A stretch of 63,705 nucleotides of DNA, filler included, from Chiloscyllium plagiosum (GCF_004010195.1; 8 parts of 8 records of this genome joined end to end with filler, not necessarily neighbours in it), one strand, 5' to 3'. Positions 25,158 to 38,020 are shown, counted from the first letter of the whole stretch. The notes: generated from the letters alone by a model not told the origin. Numbers and translations: made by a program.

Positions 25158-27894
25158 CTATGAATATCAAGCCGAGAGAACGCATTTAGATTGTTTATTG
25201 ATCCAGATCGATCTATCTGCATCCAAGTCATGTAATTGGAGACCATTACATCTTCATAAAGCAGTCAGGGATTTCTCAAGTGTGACTCTTATCTGTACCT
25301 ATTAGTGCATTATTGACTCTCAGCAAGAAATTACAAATACCAACTGCACATGTTCTTTCTTCATTGTCCATATCAGAACGTTTTAAATTATTTTTCTTTT
25401 CATCTATTATTTAAGGATATTATTATTTGAGGTATGCTTATTACGAATGATGATTTTAATTATCTCATTATATTTTAAATATAGGCTGTGACAGCACTTT
25501 AGTTGAAAATTGTGGCCATCACTAAATAAAAGTTCAAATGTGATTCTCATCTTTTGTATTGGTGACCAATTGCTTGGCAAATCATGAATATAAGTGACAT
25601 CACAGTCAGGACATTGCTTCATATTTTTGTTTGTAAGATCTGTATATTTAGGAATAAGTTTTTGTACGTGTGTCCCTTAATTTATTTGATCTACTGCTTG
25701 GTGTGTTTGGTTTTCCTTTAATGTTTGTGTATGTGGTTATAAGAGTCTCTTACTTCACTCTAGCCCATGTTGGAGTCTGTGCATGAATAAAAATGTGCAC
25801 CTAGATTTTGGTCTTTTCACATTGTGTAAGCATCATCATGCTAATATGCCACTTCTTTGCTGCCTATGCTTATCTTGTAATGTCTTTGTGAGTGTTCACT
25901 TTTCATTAGTGCTATCTAAAATGTGTGCTTATGTGTCTGTTTCAGATCACACCTACAATGGGTTATTTTCATGTTTATGCTTAATAAATGTTAGCATGCA
26001 ATGTTATGTTTTGATGGATGTTTATATTTATATGATGATGTTTGCTTGTGTGGCAATCTTTCCCAAACCATCTCCTGATAAGCTTGTTTGTGCTATTGTT
26101 TGTGGATGCTTGCTGATCCTTGTGCCCATTATCCTTATTTAATAAACGCCCAACAATTTGTTCATCTATGCACTTGTGTGTCTGCATGTGAGACTCTGAA
26201 TTTGTGTGTGCGTGTGATATTGTATACATGCTGATCAATGTGATTTAAAAATAACTAATTAAGCTGCCTCTGTCATCGTATGTTTGTGATTCTGAAAATG
26301 GGAAAATAATGATATTAATGTTTACCTCTGTGCACTTACGTGCCTGTGTGAGTTGACATGTGGGAGGACATTTTTCGGAATTTGTATCTATCTGTGTGTT
26401 CATGTGTGTCTGTCTGTCCGCATTGTGCTGTATGAATGTATATGTATTCATGCCCATTTGTGTGTTACCGTGTGTCGATGTTTCTCATGGTTATGTGTGA
26501 GTATCCCTGTTCATTTGTGCAAATGATTTTCTTTCGGTGTATGTGAGTTTTTGTATGAGCTTAGGTGAGTGTTGAAGTACCACTTGCATGTGTGGCTCAG
26601 TGCGATTATGCGTGTGTGACATCTTATCTATATGCACATTTGAGTGTGCACATAAATATGTGTCTTTAGGTGAGAGCCCGCATATGTGTCATTACGTGTG
26701 TATTTGCGATCATCTCTCTGTGTCTGTTCTTATACCAGACTGCAATTTTCATTATTCTAATTTATTGTTCTAATTTTAATGCATTGCCCATAATTAGAGT
26801 TGACCTTGGTGTTGCAGGAAACATTTCCCATCTTCGTGGAGAGATAAGCGTTTTATGAGCAACTCTTCTGTTGCAGTGATAGAACTTCTGTCTCTGAGAG
26901 AAAAGGCGTGAGCTCAAATCCCCACTGCCCCAGAGATAACATTTCTGAATATGTTTATTATAAAATGTATTCTTGTGTTCTGTATGTGAAACAAAATGAT
27001 ATCAGGTATTCGAATACCAGAATTGATCCCATGTGTTCCAGAAAACTGAGACAAAACTATGGAATTCAAACTGGGACGATGCCAACACCAGTTTTGGATT
27101 ATGGGAATCAATGTTAATCATTTGTTAACAGAGCCAAGCGTGTCTAACATGCTTCAAAGGTATTGTTTTGCATGGAAATGTTAAATCTTTGGACAGTAAG
27201 CAAGTAGCTGACTGTCCCTGTTAGCAACTGAGGACATTACAGAGGACATCTACCATGAAAACTCTGCACAGGGAGCAAGAGGACAGACCATTCATCGTTC
27301 CCTTCCCCTCTGCTCCACAACAACTTATCTGTTGATTCTCTTTGGTGTGAAAGTGAAGATACATTCTGTCAACTCATGCGCTGGCGCAAGATCCCTGGCA
27401 GTTCCCCAGAAACAAACGTGACATTCAAACTGTTCTGCACTCTTTACGATTGGTATGTTCCAATCAAATTTACTTTTAAAGTGTCTTACATTTACATTTC
27501 CAATTGGTGCAATTTGGCAGTTTAAAACTGACATGAATTTTGTAAGAATGTCAAATGGGAGGAATCAAAAACACCAAGTTCAAAACTCGTGCCCTACCCT
27601 TGACATAAAATGGACATTGTCAGATTTTGTCACAGAGGGATTTAGGATGAATAAGGTACTTGGTGGAATCCTGCAATGAGTGAGCTTTACTCTGTCTCTG
27701 ACCCAGGGTGTATCTGAGCAGAGAACATTAACTGCACAAGACACTCATCTTAGACCTGTTAATAATCCACGTTAACTACACAGTTGGAATGTAAGTCAGA
27801 GTGAGAAACAACTAATTCAGTATTTAACTCACAACTGGAGGAAAAGAAACACTTCATTACTTCTGTTGAATTATTAAATACAACTTTGAGATTT

Positions 27895-28286
27895 TTATTG
27901 ACGTGAATTAACAGTGTCCATCAGTGCAAGTGAAATGTTTACAAAACTCGGTTTACCGTTGGATTTATCTACTGTGCTGTTGATGATCTTCAATGGAATC
28001 GCTTCATGTCCCACCACACAGGAGTAAGAAACACCGCTGGCCCACTCCTCCGCTGTAATGGATAACAGGCTGTAGATGAAGAAGGAAGTGTTGTCACTCT
28101 CCGCCATCACCTCGGTGTTCTTGTAGTTACTGGGATTCACCGGCTTGTCATTGTTTGTCCACTTGACGAAGATCTCTCGGGGGGAGAAACCTCTCACTAA
28201 ACAGGTGAGGGAGAGAAACCTCTGAGCGGAGATTTCTTCTGTTGGTGGCAGGAGGACCGACACTGATGGCTCCAGCGGATTAATCA
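27895..28286 (-). CDS. IGHM: IgM Cmu4 plus secretory tailpiece (tail Cys->Arg); internal donor for the TM form after 27957
   Basis: ctgcag acceptor; [41 protein letters not shown]...[23 protein letters not shown]|[20 protein letters not shown]; AATAAA overlaps the stop. Confidence 0.95.
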
Positions 28287-28741
28287 CTGCAGAATATTTG
28301 AGACAAATATAAATCAACCAAAAAAATCCTGAACCAATATCACAATTTCACTAAATATTAAAATACGCCATGTTTAATTTGGGATTTATTTACTTTCGTT
28401 TGCTAAAGGAGCAGAATGGTACGCATACTGTTCATTAAAAAAAGGAAAGTTTAATGTGAAAGTTGCCTCCATGTTTCCAGCCCACAACGAGGACATTCTG
28501 GCCATTTGTCATTGCTGATGGTGACACCACAACCCAGGCTTCTTCCCACCTTATCTGACTTAATCAGAATACAATATCCTTTGGTCCATCTTTTTCTTAA
28601 TCAGCTACTCAGCCATCCTGCCTTCAGATGCATCATTAATGCTCCCAACCGTGTTGGTTCATTACCAATCAAAGCCTGCCATTGATGTAACTGGATCTGG
28701 ATTACACATGGGATCCTTTGTGCTTTAATCTCACCGCTCAC

Positions 28742-29046
28742 CTTTCTCCTTGTGGATGGAGTCTCTCAGCGGAGTCGGTAGTTTCTGATGGTACACCACA
28801 CATTCAAAAGTAACGCCACTCAGCCAGGCTTCAGCAGAAATGTCTAATTTGCTGATCACGCTGTCGGGATTCTGTCCAGGCTGGTCAGCAATCTCTGATT
28901 TCAGAGGCTTCTGTTCTTGTTTCCAGGTCACATTGACTCCAGAAGGAAGATGGACACAACGCAGGTTAACGTCACCGTCGCCTCCAGTAAGACTTGTTCT
29001 ACTGGCGGTGGTAGGATTTTAACGGTGTCAGGGTGGCACTCGGTAT
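28742..29046 (-). pseudogene. IGHM: IgM Cmu3 exon with a 1-nt frameshift
   Basis: [32 protein letters not shown] then a frameshift near 28951 (tcc at ctt for tcc aat ctt), then [20 protein letters not shown]...[22 protein letters not shown]|gtgag. Exon is 305 nt, not a multiple of 3. Confidence 0.9.
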
Positions 29047-30817
29047 CTTCGATGAAACAAAAATCAAAGTCAATGAAAAATGCCCCTTTCTGATACAAAC
29101 AGCCAATCTTCAGATTACTCCTTCACAGGGTGAAGACACCACCTCCAAAATGGCAACTCCAACTATTGTTGAAACGATGCTTACTATTGTTGATGTATTT
29201 TGATCTGTGAAACATTTGTGATTACCTATAACATACCCTGTGTAATTATTCCTAAAGAACACTGGCTTTGTAACAAGTGAAACCTGTGAAAAAAGTAAAA
29301 TAATCGAAGATACCATCATGTAACCCATGGAATGACCTTTCTTTCAGAGTTTGTCTCTCACTTAAGACCATCTATTGACACTTGTGACAAGAGTAATCTG
29401 AATATAATGAGTTCATTTCCATGTTCATTACCTTTAGGTGTAAGTGCTGCTGGTCACACTGACTGCCAAATCACATCCCAAAGTTTGGACAGATTATAAT
29501 AAATAATAATTATTCTCTTTGCAGAGTTCTAAAGTGTTACAGGAGCAGTGAACAGCCATGGAAATTCTGTTCATTATATTTAACATGATTAAGAATACTT
29601 TGCGATATTGGTGTGATGTCATTCTCTAATTTATGTCATTGTTCCTCGTGCGCTGTGTTTGGAATAGATCTGAAAACAAGACATTGAGTACAGCATTGGA
29701 TATCGAGAAGGACACCCATCTCCTTAAGTCTTTCCCTCCATTCAGTTAGTTCATAACTGGTCTGTACTTTCACTTTATTTACCAAGCTGCATTTTTTAAT
29801 TTCTTCATAGAGCAGGAGAGAAAAAAACAAACAAAAGCGTCTTAAATTAATCTACAAACGCGATGGAAATGTCACTAATTTTATTGACATCCACTACTCA
29901 CTGTGTAAACATCGCCAACCCAAACAGGCTAAATCAGCCTGTCTCGAGTTCCTAGTTCATTCATCCCTATTGTAGCATTCCCACCAGAATTTATTCTCCT
30001 GCCTCATCCACTAATTACTGAGAGCATCTTAAAGAAGCTCAGTGAGATCACATTTATCCCAGTTCATCAAATGTGATAGCCACTTGGTCTGTGGTCTGAT
30101 CCCATAAATGAAGTTAAAGAGCTCAGCACCAGATAAAAATCGATGTCGTACAATGTCCAACCAACAGGTCATTCCTGAGCAGGGAATGAAGCATTGAACG
30201 CATTTTGATTTATTTTCAAGTAAGGGTCACTGCATATGTTAACCACGTCAATTTTATAGAGGATCAGAATAAGGCTGTTCGGCCAATCCAGAGTTTAGAT
30301 CAGAATGATGCTGGAAAAGCACAGCAGGTCAGGCAGCATCCGACGAGCAGGAAAATCGACATTTCAGGCTAAAGCCATTCTCCTGCCTTCTCCCCGTTCT
30401 AAACAAGAGCCGATCTATCTCTGGCTTGAGTACACACAATGGTCTGGCCCCCACAGCCCTCTGCAGCAACATGTTCCACAGATTCATCACCCTCTGGCTG
30501 AAGAAACCCTCCCCATCTCAGTTCTAAACGGTGCCCCTTTGACCCTGAGACTGTGCCCTTGGGTCCTAGTGTCGCCTACCAGTCAAAGCATCTATTCCAC
30601 ATTCACTCGACCTCAGTCTCTCAGGATTTTCTATGTATCAATCAGATATCTCTCCAATATCCCCCTCCACCCCAAACTTATCCTTGAAGCAGCCACCAGG
30701 CAAGCATTCAGCACTCTGAATGCCTCTCCCAGCATGGTCAGGCAACGAACTATTTAACAAAGCTCACTGTCTATATATCTATCTTCAACAGAGAGGAAAC
30801 ATGCTTTTCTGACTTGC

Positions 30818-30917
30818 NNNNNNNNNNNNNNNNNNNNNNNNNNNNNNNNNNNNNNNNNNNNTTAATTAATTAANNNNNNNNNNNNNNNNNNNNNNNNNNN
30901 NNNNNNNNNNNNNNNNN
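30818..30917. other. Artificial contig-joining linker
   Basis: 44 N + TTAATTAATTAA + 44 N. Confidence 0.98.
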
Positions 30918-31503
30918 CTGCACTCTCTCGATTGCATTCACAGCTTCAATCCCAGACCTGTTCACAGCCCTGCAGCTGAGTTCTAACCATTGCCTTAAGT
31001 AAACCCATAAAAATCTCCCTGCTCTTGCACTTTACCTCCATATTTATGAAGGTTAAAACATTGTATGTTTTAATAACGGTTTTCTCCATCACATTCAATG
31101 ACGTACACAAAGGTCACTCTACTCCTGCACACCCTGTAGAATTTTGCTTGACATTATACTCGCCATGTTTCTCCTGAATTTCCCATTGTGGTTATTTGTG
31201 ACTCATAATCATTCTGTCCTGGTCTTCCAGAACAGAAACATTTTCTGATATGAAACCTTTCATAATTATAAAGAGGTTTATTAGATACGTTCTGAATGTT
31301 GTGGTTTCAATAGAGAGGTAAGGGTTGCTTTGAGTCTTTGTTGTAATTTTTCAGTTCTGGCAACCTCCCTGTTGCCTTTTCACGCTCCCTCGTGCTCCTC
31401 AATCTAGCTTTCCACTAACTCTTTCTCTCAAATGGCAAGCAAATACAGCAGGTCAAGGAAAAACACAGTTTGGACGAAAGCAGCTGTTTCCTGCCACCTT
31501 TGG

Positions 31504-31829
31504 GGTGTTTGTTGATGTGCGCCCTCTCTCTGAGACGCTGTGAACTCTCTCGGCGCAGTTGTACACGCTTGAGTGACTCAGCCCAAGCCGGAAGTCTGCA
31601 GGTAGAACTCAGAGTCATTCGGTCTGTCGGCGGTAAAACCGTCCATCGGCTGGTTTGGAATCACAGACTGTACAGTAAAGGCAGTGAAACATCAGCTGCG
31701 ACTCTTTGCCGGCTTGTTGCCTGTACCAGTAAATGTAATGATCGCGTGTGTCTATGACAGTGTACTTCAATTTTCGTGGATTGCTGGAGACAGCTGCGGG
31801 AGTCTGTCGGATATCCTGCGAGTCGGCGC
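31504..31829 (-). pseudogene. TRBV: TCR beta V pseudogene (V exon 31543-31829) with 23-RSS (31504-31542)
   Basis: ADSQDIRQTPAAVS..LKYTV (first Cys->Tyr)..IYWYRQQAGKESQLMF, frameshifts, DGFTADRPNDSEFYLQTSGL..SVYNCAERV; RSS CACAGCG-23-ACAAACACC. Confidence 0.88.
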
Positions 31830-34007
31830 CTGGGATTAAGAAAACTATAAATTGGAGCATTCAGGTCAACGTCGAAAAATCGAAAGGGAAGTGGGAGTAT
31901 GAAAGAAAGACAAAAAGCAAGGTAGAAAGTAAAGCTAAACAACAGAAAATCTGTGTAAAGCTTCTAAAAGCGAAAAATGACCATAATGCGTAGTTACAGG
32001 TCTTCTTGTGTCTGCAACTTCTTCTTAATTAAGCAATGAGTCGAGGACAAGGGTTTGGGATATTGCAGTGATATACCGGCTTTCTGAGGATTCATCTTGA
32101 CGATCAGAAAAAAAAAACAATTTGAAACTAATACACATAAGCAGGAAGAGAGAACAATACTGCCAATGTATCGAGTGCGTGTACCAAGCCCTCTAACTCG
32201 TTCGATCCAATCAGAATTAACGTGCTTATTTCTTTGCAATTCCTCCTCAATCGGAATTAATGAAAATGCAAACAATCACGTCTGGATTCCCGATTAGCCA
32301 CTAGTGCATTGACAATATGAGGACTGCAGGTGCTGGAGATCTGAGTCAAGACTGTGGTGCTGGAAAAGCACAGCGGGTCAGGCAGCCTCCGAGAAGGAGA
32401 AGAATCAATATTTTGGGCATGAGCCCTTTATCAGGAATTGTACATCATGTAGACATAGCATCACTACTTCTGAACCAGAATATCAGTTTGGACGAACTCA
32501 AAGGGTTTCTGTATTTCCGTTTTTAAATATCAACAATCTACTTTTTTCCTGATGTCACCTCATCTGAAGCTTGGCACATTTCAACATTTTTATTGCCAGG
32601 AATGTGTCTGAGACGATTGCATATACTGATCATAATATCTTCCAGCTTTTGGTAAAAAGAATTAAAAATCCAATTGTTTCTCATGGATCTTAGTAATGCA
32701 GCCATTCAATTTAAAACTAATGCACATAGCAGGAAGAGAGATCGATACTGCCAATGCCTTGTTGTGACTGAGGTGAAGGAAGACAGAGGCATTTGCAGGC
32801 AGGGAAAATGGACTGAAATGGACTGTAGGAATGGATGTTTGCATGTTTCGAATCAATATAATGTATTGTAGTTTACTAATAGATAAAGCAAAGTGTGAAA
32901 AATATGAAAAATAAGGCTACTTTTGTGTATGGATGGTTCATGTTTTAAGGAGTGATCTGTGGAGCTACTATGGCTTTAACAAGTGCATTTTGTCTTGCTT
33001 TTTTATGAAGAAGACTGAGACAGGCGTGCTGACCAGTCAGCTCGAAGTCAATGTAGTAGGATGTAGTGGGGCCTTTTGTTTAAAGTTGGCTCAATAGAAG
33101 CAATCGAGGTGGGCAGGATCAAGGTCCCACAGAACCAGGAATTTTAGATTTGACTTAGGACATTTGCGGGGATATTAGCTGTAGAAGCTCTTATACCTCT
33201 CCTTGCTACAGCTAAAAGCCTGGGTTCTGTTCCTGCTTCTAGAATTACATATCAGGCAATGTATTTTACTGAATTTGCCTTTGCCAAGGGAGTGTAGAGT
33301 TGATTTTGCTATTTTGGAACTGTTCATTAGGAACAGCTAATATACATTCATTTGATAAGCGTTTCGGTGAAGTTATATTTAAGCCAATTCTTTTCTTTAA
33401 CTGTTAAAATATTGTGAGTTTTGTTTAAAATTGAGTCGTTTGACCAATCAAATTGCATGTGGAAAGCAACGTCTTATCTTTAAAATAAGGAAAAGTTATT
33501 GTCTAGACTAACTTCTTAATATATTTTGAGGCGGTTTGATCTGGTCCAGAACCGGGGATCTAATAGAAATCTACAAATTAGCAACAGGATTTGGGAAGGC
33601 TAAACGCAGGAAGTATGTTTCGGATGACCAGGGAGTCCAGAACCAGGGTTCACAGTTAATGAGAGAGAGTAGGCCTCTTACGAATGAGAACGAAGGGAAA
33701 TTTACTCAACCAGAACAAAGCGAACCTATGGAATTTTCTGAAACAGATACATGCTGTGACCAAACATAAATGCATGGTTTCGAGAAAGAGTTAGATAGAG
33801 CAAAGTGTTCGTCAACGACGTTCAGTTCTTTTCCAAAGTGAAAATCCTTCCGCTCTGGTAACATTTCTGTGTCTTTTTAAATATCTCCAGCTGTACATTT
33901 GTCTTGTCGCTCTAATTGGGGAGGACTGAGAGCTGGGACTGAGGGCTGTCCTCAACAGGACGAAAGTATCAGCGATGTCGTTGACAGCTGCTTCCTGCTG
34001 TCTTTGG

Positions 34008-34046
34008 GGTTTTTGTTGAGCTGCTCCATCTCTCTGAGTCACTGTG
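34008..34046 (-). promoter_or_regulatory. 23-bp spacer RSS
   Basis: CACAGTG + actcagagagatggagcagctca (23 nt) + ACAAAAACC, perfect consensus. Confidence 0.97.
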
Positions 34047-34711
34047 AATACTCCAGGCACAGTAATAAACAGCCGAGTGATGCGCCTGCAGGTTGCGAGA
34101 CTCCAGTTTAAAGTCAGAGCCACTCGGTCGTGTGGCGGTGAAACCGTCCGCTGTTCCTTCTTCATTCACATTTCCTGCAGCTGCAGAATAAAACATCAGC
34201 TGCAGCTCCTTTCCCGGGTATTGTCTGTACCAGAACATGTTACCGCTACTCTCACCCTTCACCGTGCACCTCAACTCCACTGCCTTACCGAGGGTCCTGG
34301 AGACGCTACTGGGAGTCTGAACGACTCTCGCTGTCTTCACGTCTAAGAAAGGGAAAAGGTCAGTAAACAGAGCAATTGTTACCGAGAAGGAGAATGGAAA
34401 GGAGTAAAGCATAAATGAGGGTTGTTCCCTCAAATTATTAGGAGAAAGTGAGGACAGCAGATACTGGAGATCAGAGCTGAAAATGCGTTGCTGGAAAAGC
34501 GCACAGGTCGGGCAGCATCAAAGGAGCAGGAGAATCGACGTTTTGGGCATGAGCCCTTCTTCAGGCTCATGCCCGAAACGTCGATTCTCCTGCTCCTTGG
34601 ATGTTGCCTGACCTGCTGCGCTTTTCCAGCAACACATTTTCAGCCCTCAAATTATTAGATGAACAATCACTTACATTGCAATAACGTCATGAGGCTCAGT
34701 AAGAGATACAT
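34047..34711 (-). CDS. TRBV: TCR beta V segment, intact (leader 34675-34711; V exon 34047-34342)
   Basis: Leader MYLLLSLMTLLQ|gtaagt; V: VKTARVVQTPSSVSRTLGKAVELRCTVKG...MFWYRQYPGKELQLMFYS...DGFTATRPSGSDFKLESRNLQAHHSAVYYCAWSI. The CAWS ending and 23-RSS fit V beta. Confidence 0.92.
34442..34643. mobile_element. 202-bp palindromic Penelope-derived insertion with 15-bp TSD in the V beta leader intron
   Basis: TSD ccctcaaattattag at 34427-34441 and 34644-34658; ~80-bp inverted arms (34476-34555 and 34564-34644) homologous to the 3' end of the element at 59331-59955. Confidence 0.88.
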
Positions 34712-34815
34712 CTTTTTTTACGTTATTCTTTTCCTGTATGAACGCGACCAGAATCCAATCCTGTCTGGGTCTAGAACCAGCTGCTTTCAAATCAATGAGA
34801 GAAACCTGACAGATT

Positions 34816-34830
34816 CAGGAAATGACGTGG
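34816..34830 (-). promoter_or_regulatory. Candidate V beta promoter Ets/CRE-like element
   Basis: caggaaatgacgtgg about 110 nt upstream of the leader ATG; V beta promoters of other vertebrates carry a CRE-like decamer. Confidence 0.35.
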
Positions 34831-35109
34831 TGTGCACACGCCCCTCCCACTCAGATGGAAAACCCCGTCTCTCCCTCTCTCTTTCTTCTTGCAGTGAAAC
34901 AGTGGTGAACAGGAGGTTTCCAAAGGGAAGAGTTAGTGGACAAAACACTGGCAGATACAGCTCAAGGTGGGATTCTGTTGATTTGTGAGATTCGTAAACA
35001 CAGTTGCCTGATATTGGCAGTCGACAATTTGTAGCAATAGCTGATATTTTGTTGAATTTATAAAGAAGTAGCAGTTTCATTTGATTATGAAAGTATCGAC
35101 CGTGACATA

Positions 35110-35590
35110 TAGAGTCATGGAGATGTACTGCATGGAAACAGACACTTCAGTTCAACCCGTCCATACCGACCAGATATCCCAACCAATTCTAGTCCCACCT
35201 GCCAGCACCCGGCCCATTTCTCTCCAAACCCTTCCTATTCATATTCCCATCCAAATGCCTCTTAAATGTTGCAATTGTACCAGTGACCACAACATATGAA
35301 CCCTTTCAAGTTTCACAGCATCTTTCCGATACTAAGGAGACCAGAATTGCACGCAATATTCCAACAGTGGCCTAACCAATGTCCTGTACAGCTGCAACAT
35401 GACCTCCCAACTCCTGTACTCAATGCTCTGACCAATAAAGGAAAGCATACCAAACGTCTTCTTCACTATCCTATCTACCTGCGAATCGACTTTCAATGAG
35501 CTATGAACCTGCACTCCAAGGTCTCTTTGTTCAGCAACACTCCCTAGGACATTGCCATTAAGTGTATAAGTCCTGCTACGATTTGCCTTA
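35110..35590 (-). mobile_element. CR1 LINE fragments
   Basis: ORF 35332-35604 RDLGVQVHSSLK...LYRTLVRPLLEYCVQFWSP, plus 3' UTR sequence. Confidence 0.85.
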
Positions 35591-37409
35591 TGAGAATAGT
35601 TCACCGACCCAGAAACCCTTCTGTAGAAGGGAGGAGAGTGAGCGGCGGGTTTGGATCATGCCTGAAGCTTTGGTGATACTCTTTGCTAATAAAAGACTTG
35701 TTTGACTCTCGGGTTTATTTAATACGAGGCACTGTATTTTACTGAATTTACCTTTGCCTCAGGAATGTAGGGGGGCTGTTACGATTTTGTAACAGTTCAT
35801 TAGTAATTAGTGGATAATTCCTGGTCTTCTCCCAACTATATAGTCTAATTCCCCTGGACCCTCTCATTTTTCCGATGTGATTTCTTCACTCAGTGAACTT
35901 GTGAAATTCTCCATTAAGGAAGGCTGTGGAGGCCTAGTCACTGAATATATTCAAGAAAGAGATAGTATATTTTTAATTCCAAAGACGTCAGGGCTTTGGG
36001 GGAGAAAGCAGGAATTTGGTATTGAAACAGGGTCATCCGTGATCATATTGAATAGCAGATTCGGCTCGAAGATATGAACTGCTTACCAGCGATGATCCCA
36101 GCGACGATCTTTCGATGTTCAACGGTTAAAGTCGAAACAAGTTATTTAAGTCTCCCATGGCGACGGAAGTTGAGAGATTAACGGATTTATAGAATTTAAG
36201 GAGGACCTCTTCGCCTTCACGGAGTTTTGCTCCCTCAGTCAAGATGTCTCGCATTTACTCTCTCCCCAAAGCGCAGCCAATGCTGCTGGTCAGTTCAAAA
36301 CGGAAACTAATATATTTTAATCGGGTCACTGTGTAAACGAATGGTTAGTGGATGTGAATAGACTGAATTTACGCATTGCTCCACTCTGGTCTATTTGATT
36401 GCCAGCGCAAGCTTGAGGGACAATTTGGTCTCTGTTCCTGTCCAACCCCAGGTGCATTTCATGGTGCAAAAGCGCCCTCTATTGCACCAATAGAAAAATA
36501 ATGTAAATTCCTCCTGGTGTCTTTTCACTGATATCTTCCGATTTCCATTATTATCCCTTCCTTTTTCTATCAATTGATCCTTTTCAGTGCATTCTTCTGA
36601 ATCCATTCTATGTATCTCCGAATTCCACATTCTTACACTCTCGGACAAAAAAATGTTTCTCCTGACTTCCCGTTCGGATTTACTCTTAGGGACTGTCGTG
36701 ACCTCGAGTTTAGAAGTTCCTCAGAGCCTAAACTATTGATACAACTTTTCAACAGCTTCCTGCTTTTCAACACATACGAACCTAGTCAAACTTTCTTGGC
36801 GTTTGAAAGTTTTCTCTTTATTCAATTTCATACTCACCCTCAACAGTATCACACTACCAAGCAGGATGTAGCGACTTTGAGGGGTTGCAGAAAAGAGAAC
36901 GTTGCTTGTCTTGAGAGGTAGTGAAGCGTCAGAGGATGAAGGGCGGTGTGATGGAAGTTTATAAAATTGAGAGGCATGAATAGAATGGACAGTCTTTTCC
37001 CTCAGGGTAGAAATGTCATTTACTTGGAGTCATATGTTTAAGGTAAAAAGGAGTAAGTTTAAAGGAAGTGTGACAGGCAAGTTTTTGTTCAAAAAAAAAC
37101 CTCAGGCTGCTAAGTGCTGGAGTGCACTAGTACAGCAGGCGCTGGAGGCGGATGCAACAGCAACTTTTAAGAGTCATCTTGACGTATACACGAAGAGACA
37201 GGGAATGCAGCGTAGAGGTTTCCAGTTCAGAAAGGCGTCGTGTGTCGAGACAGAGTTGAAGGATTTGTTCCTGTGCTCCATGTTTTGTGTTAACAATATC
37301 TCTACACGTCATTACTTTTTTTATTCCTGCCCTTGTTGCCCATAATTAAACAAAACCAGGAAAATATCGTTAGGTTTTGATGATAACAGTTGCTTCCTGT
37401 TACCGTTTG

Positions 37410-37448
37410 GGTTTTTGTTGAGCTGCTCCCTCTCGCTGAGTCACTGTG
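37410..37448 (-). promoter_or_regulatory. 23-bp spacer RSS
   Basis: CACAGTG + actcagcgagagggagcagctca (23 nt) + ACAAAAACC. Confidence 0.97.
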
Positions 37449-38020
37449 AAGACTCCAGGCGCAGTAATACACGGCTGAGTGTTTCACTTGGAGGTTGGAG
37501 GACTTCATGCTGAACTTGGTGGTACTCGGTCTGTCAGCGGTGAAACCGTCCACCGGCTCCGGTGGAGTCACGTACTGTGCTGTACTGGAGTAAAACATCA
37601 GCTGTAGCTCTTTTCCCGGGGTCTGGCTGTACCAGTACAAGTAGAGATTACTACTGCTGCTGCCCTCCACATTGCACTCCAGTTTCACTCCCTCTCCGAG
37701 AAATTTGGAGACAGCGGTGGGGTTCTGGTGGATAGTCTGTGATTTCACATCTGAGGAAAAAACGGGGAGAGGAAGAGGTCAGTAATTGGGGATAGAGTCG
37801 TGGTGAAAGTAAAAAGAAAGGTAAGGAATGTAGAAAAAAAAAGTGTATACAGAGAAATAGAATGAGAGCAGGAGTGCAGAATCGCCGGTTGAAAGAGATT
37901 TTCTGGGCCATATCAATATGAAAAATGAGAAGGTTTTGAGATTTCTAAAATGCATAATGATTGTAACTTAAACAGTCCCTTACGGTGAAACGCGATGAAC
38001 AGAGTCAGCAACACACACAT
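37449..38020 (-). CDS. TRBV: TCR beta V segment, intact ORF (leader 37984-38020; V exon 37449-37750)
   Basis: Leader MCVLLTLFIAFH|gtaagg; V: VKSQTIHQNPTAVSKFLGEGVKLECNVEG...LYWYSQTPGKELQLMFYS...DGFTADRPSTTKFSMKSSNLQVKHSAVYYCAWSL. Confidence 0.92.

Noticed and set aside
29110-29328. Minus-strand ORF with a hydrophobic stretch upstream of Cmu3 (possible extra TM exon)
   Set aside because: No CART motif or recognisable homology; cannot be supported beyond a chance AG and composition.
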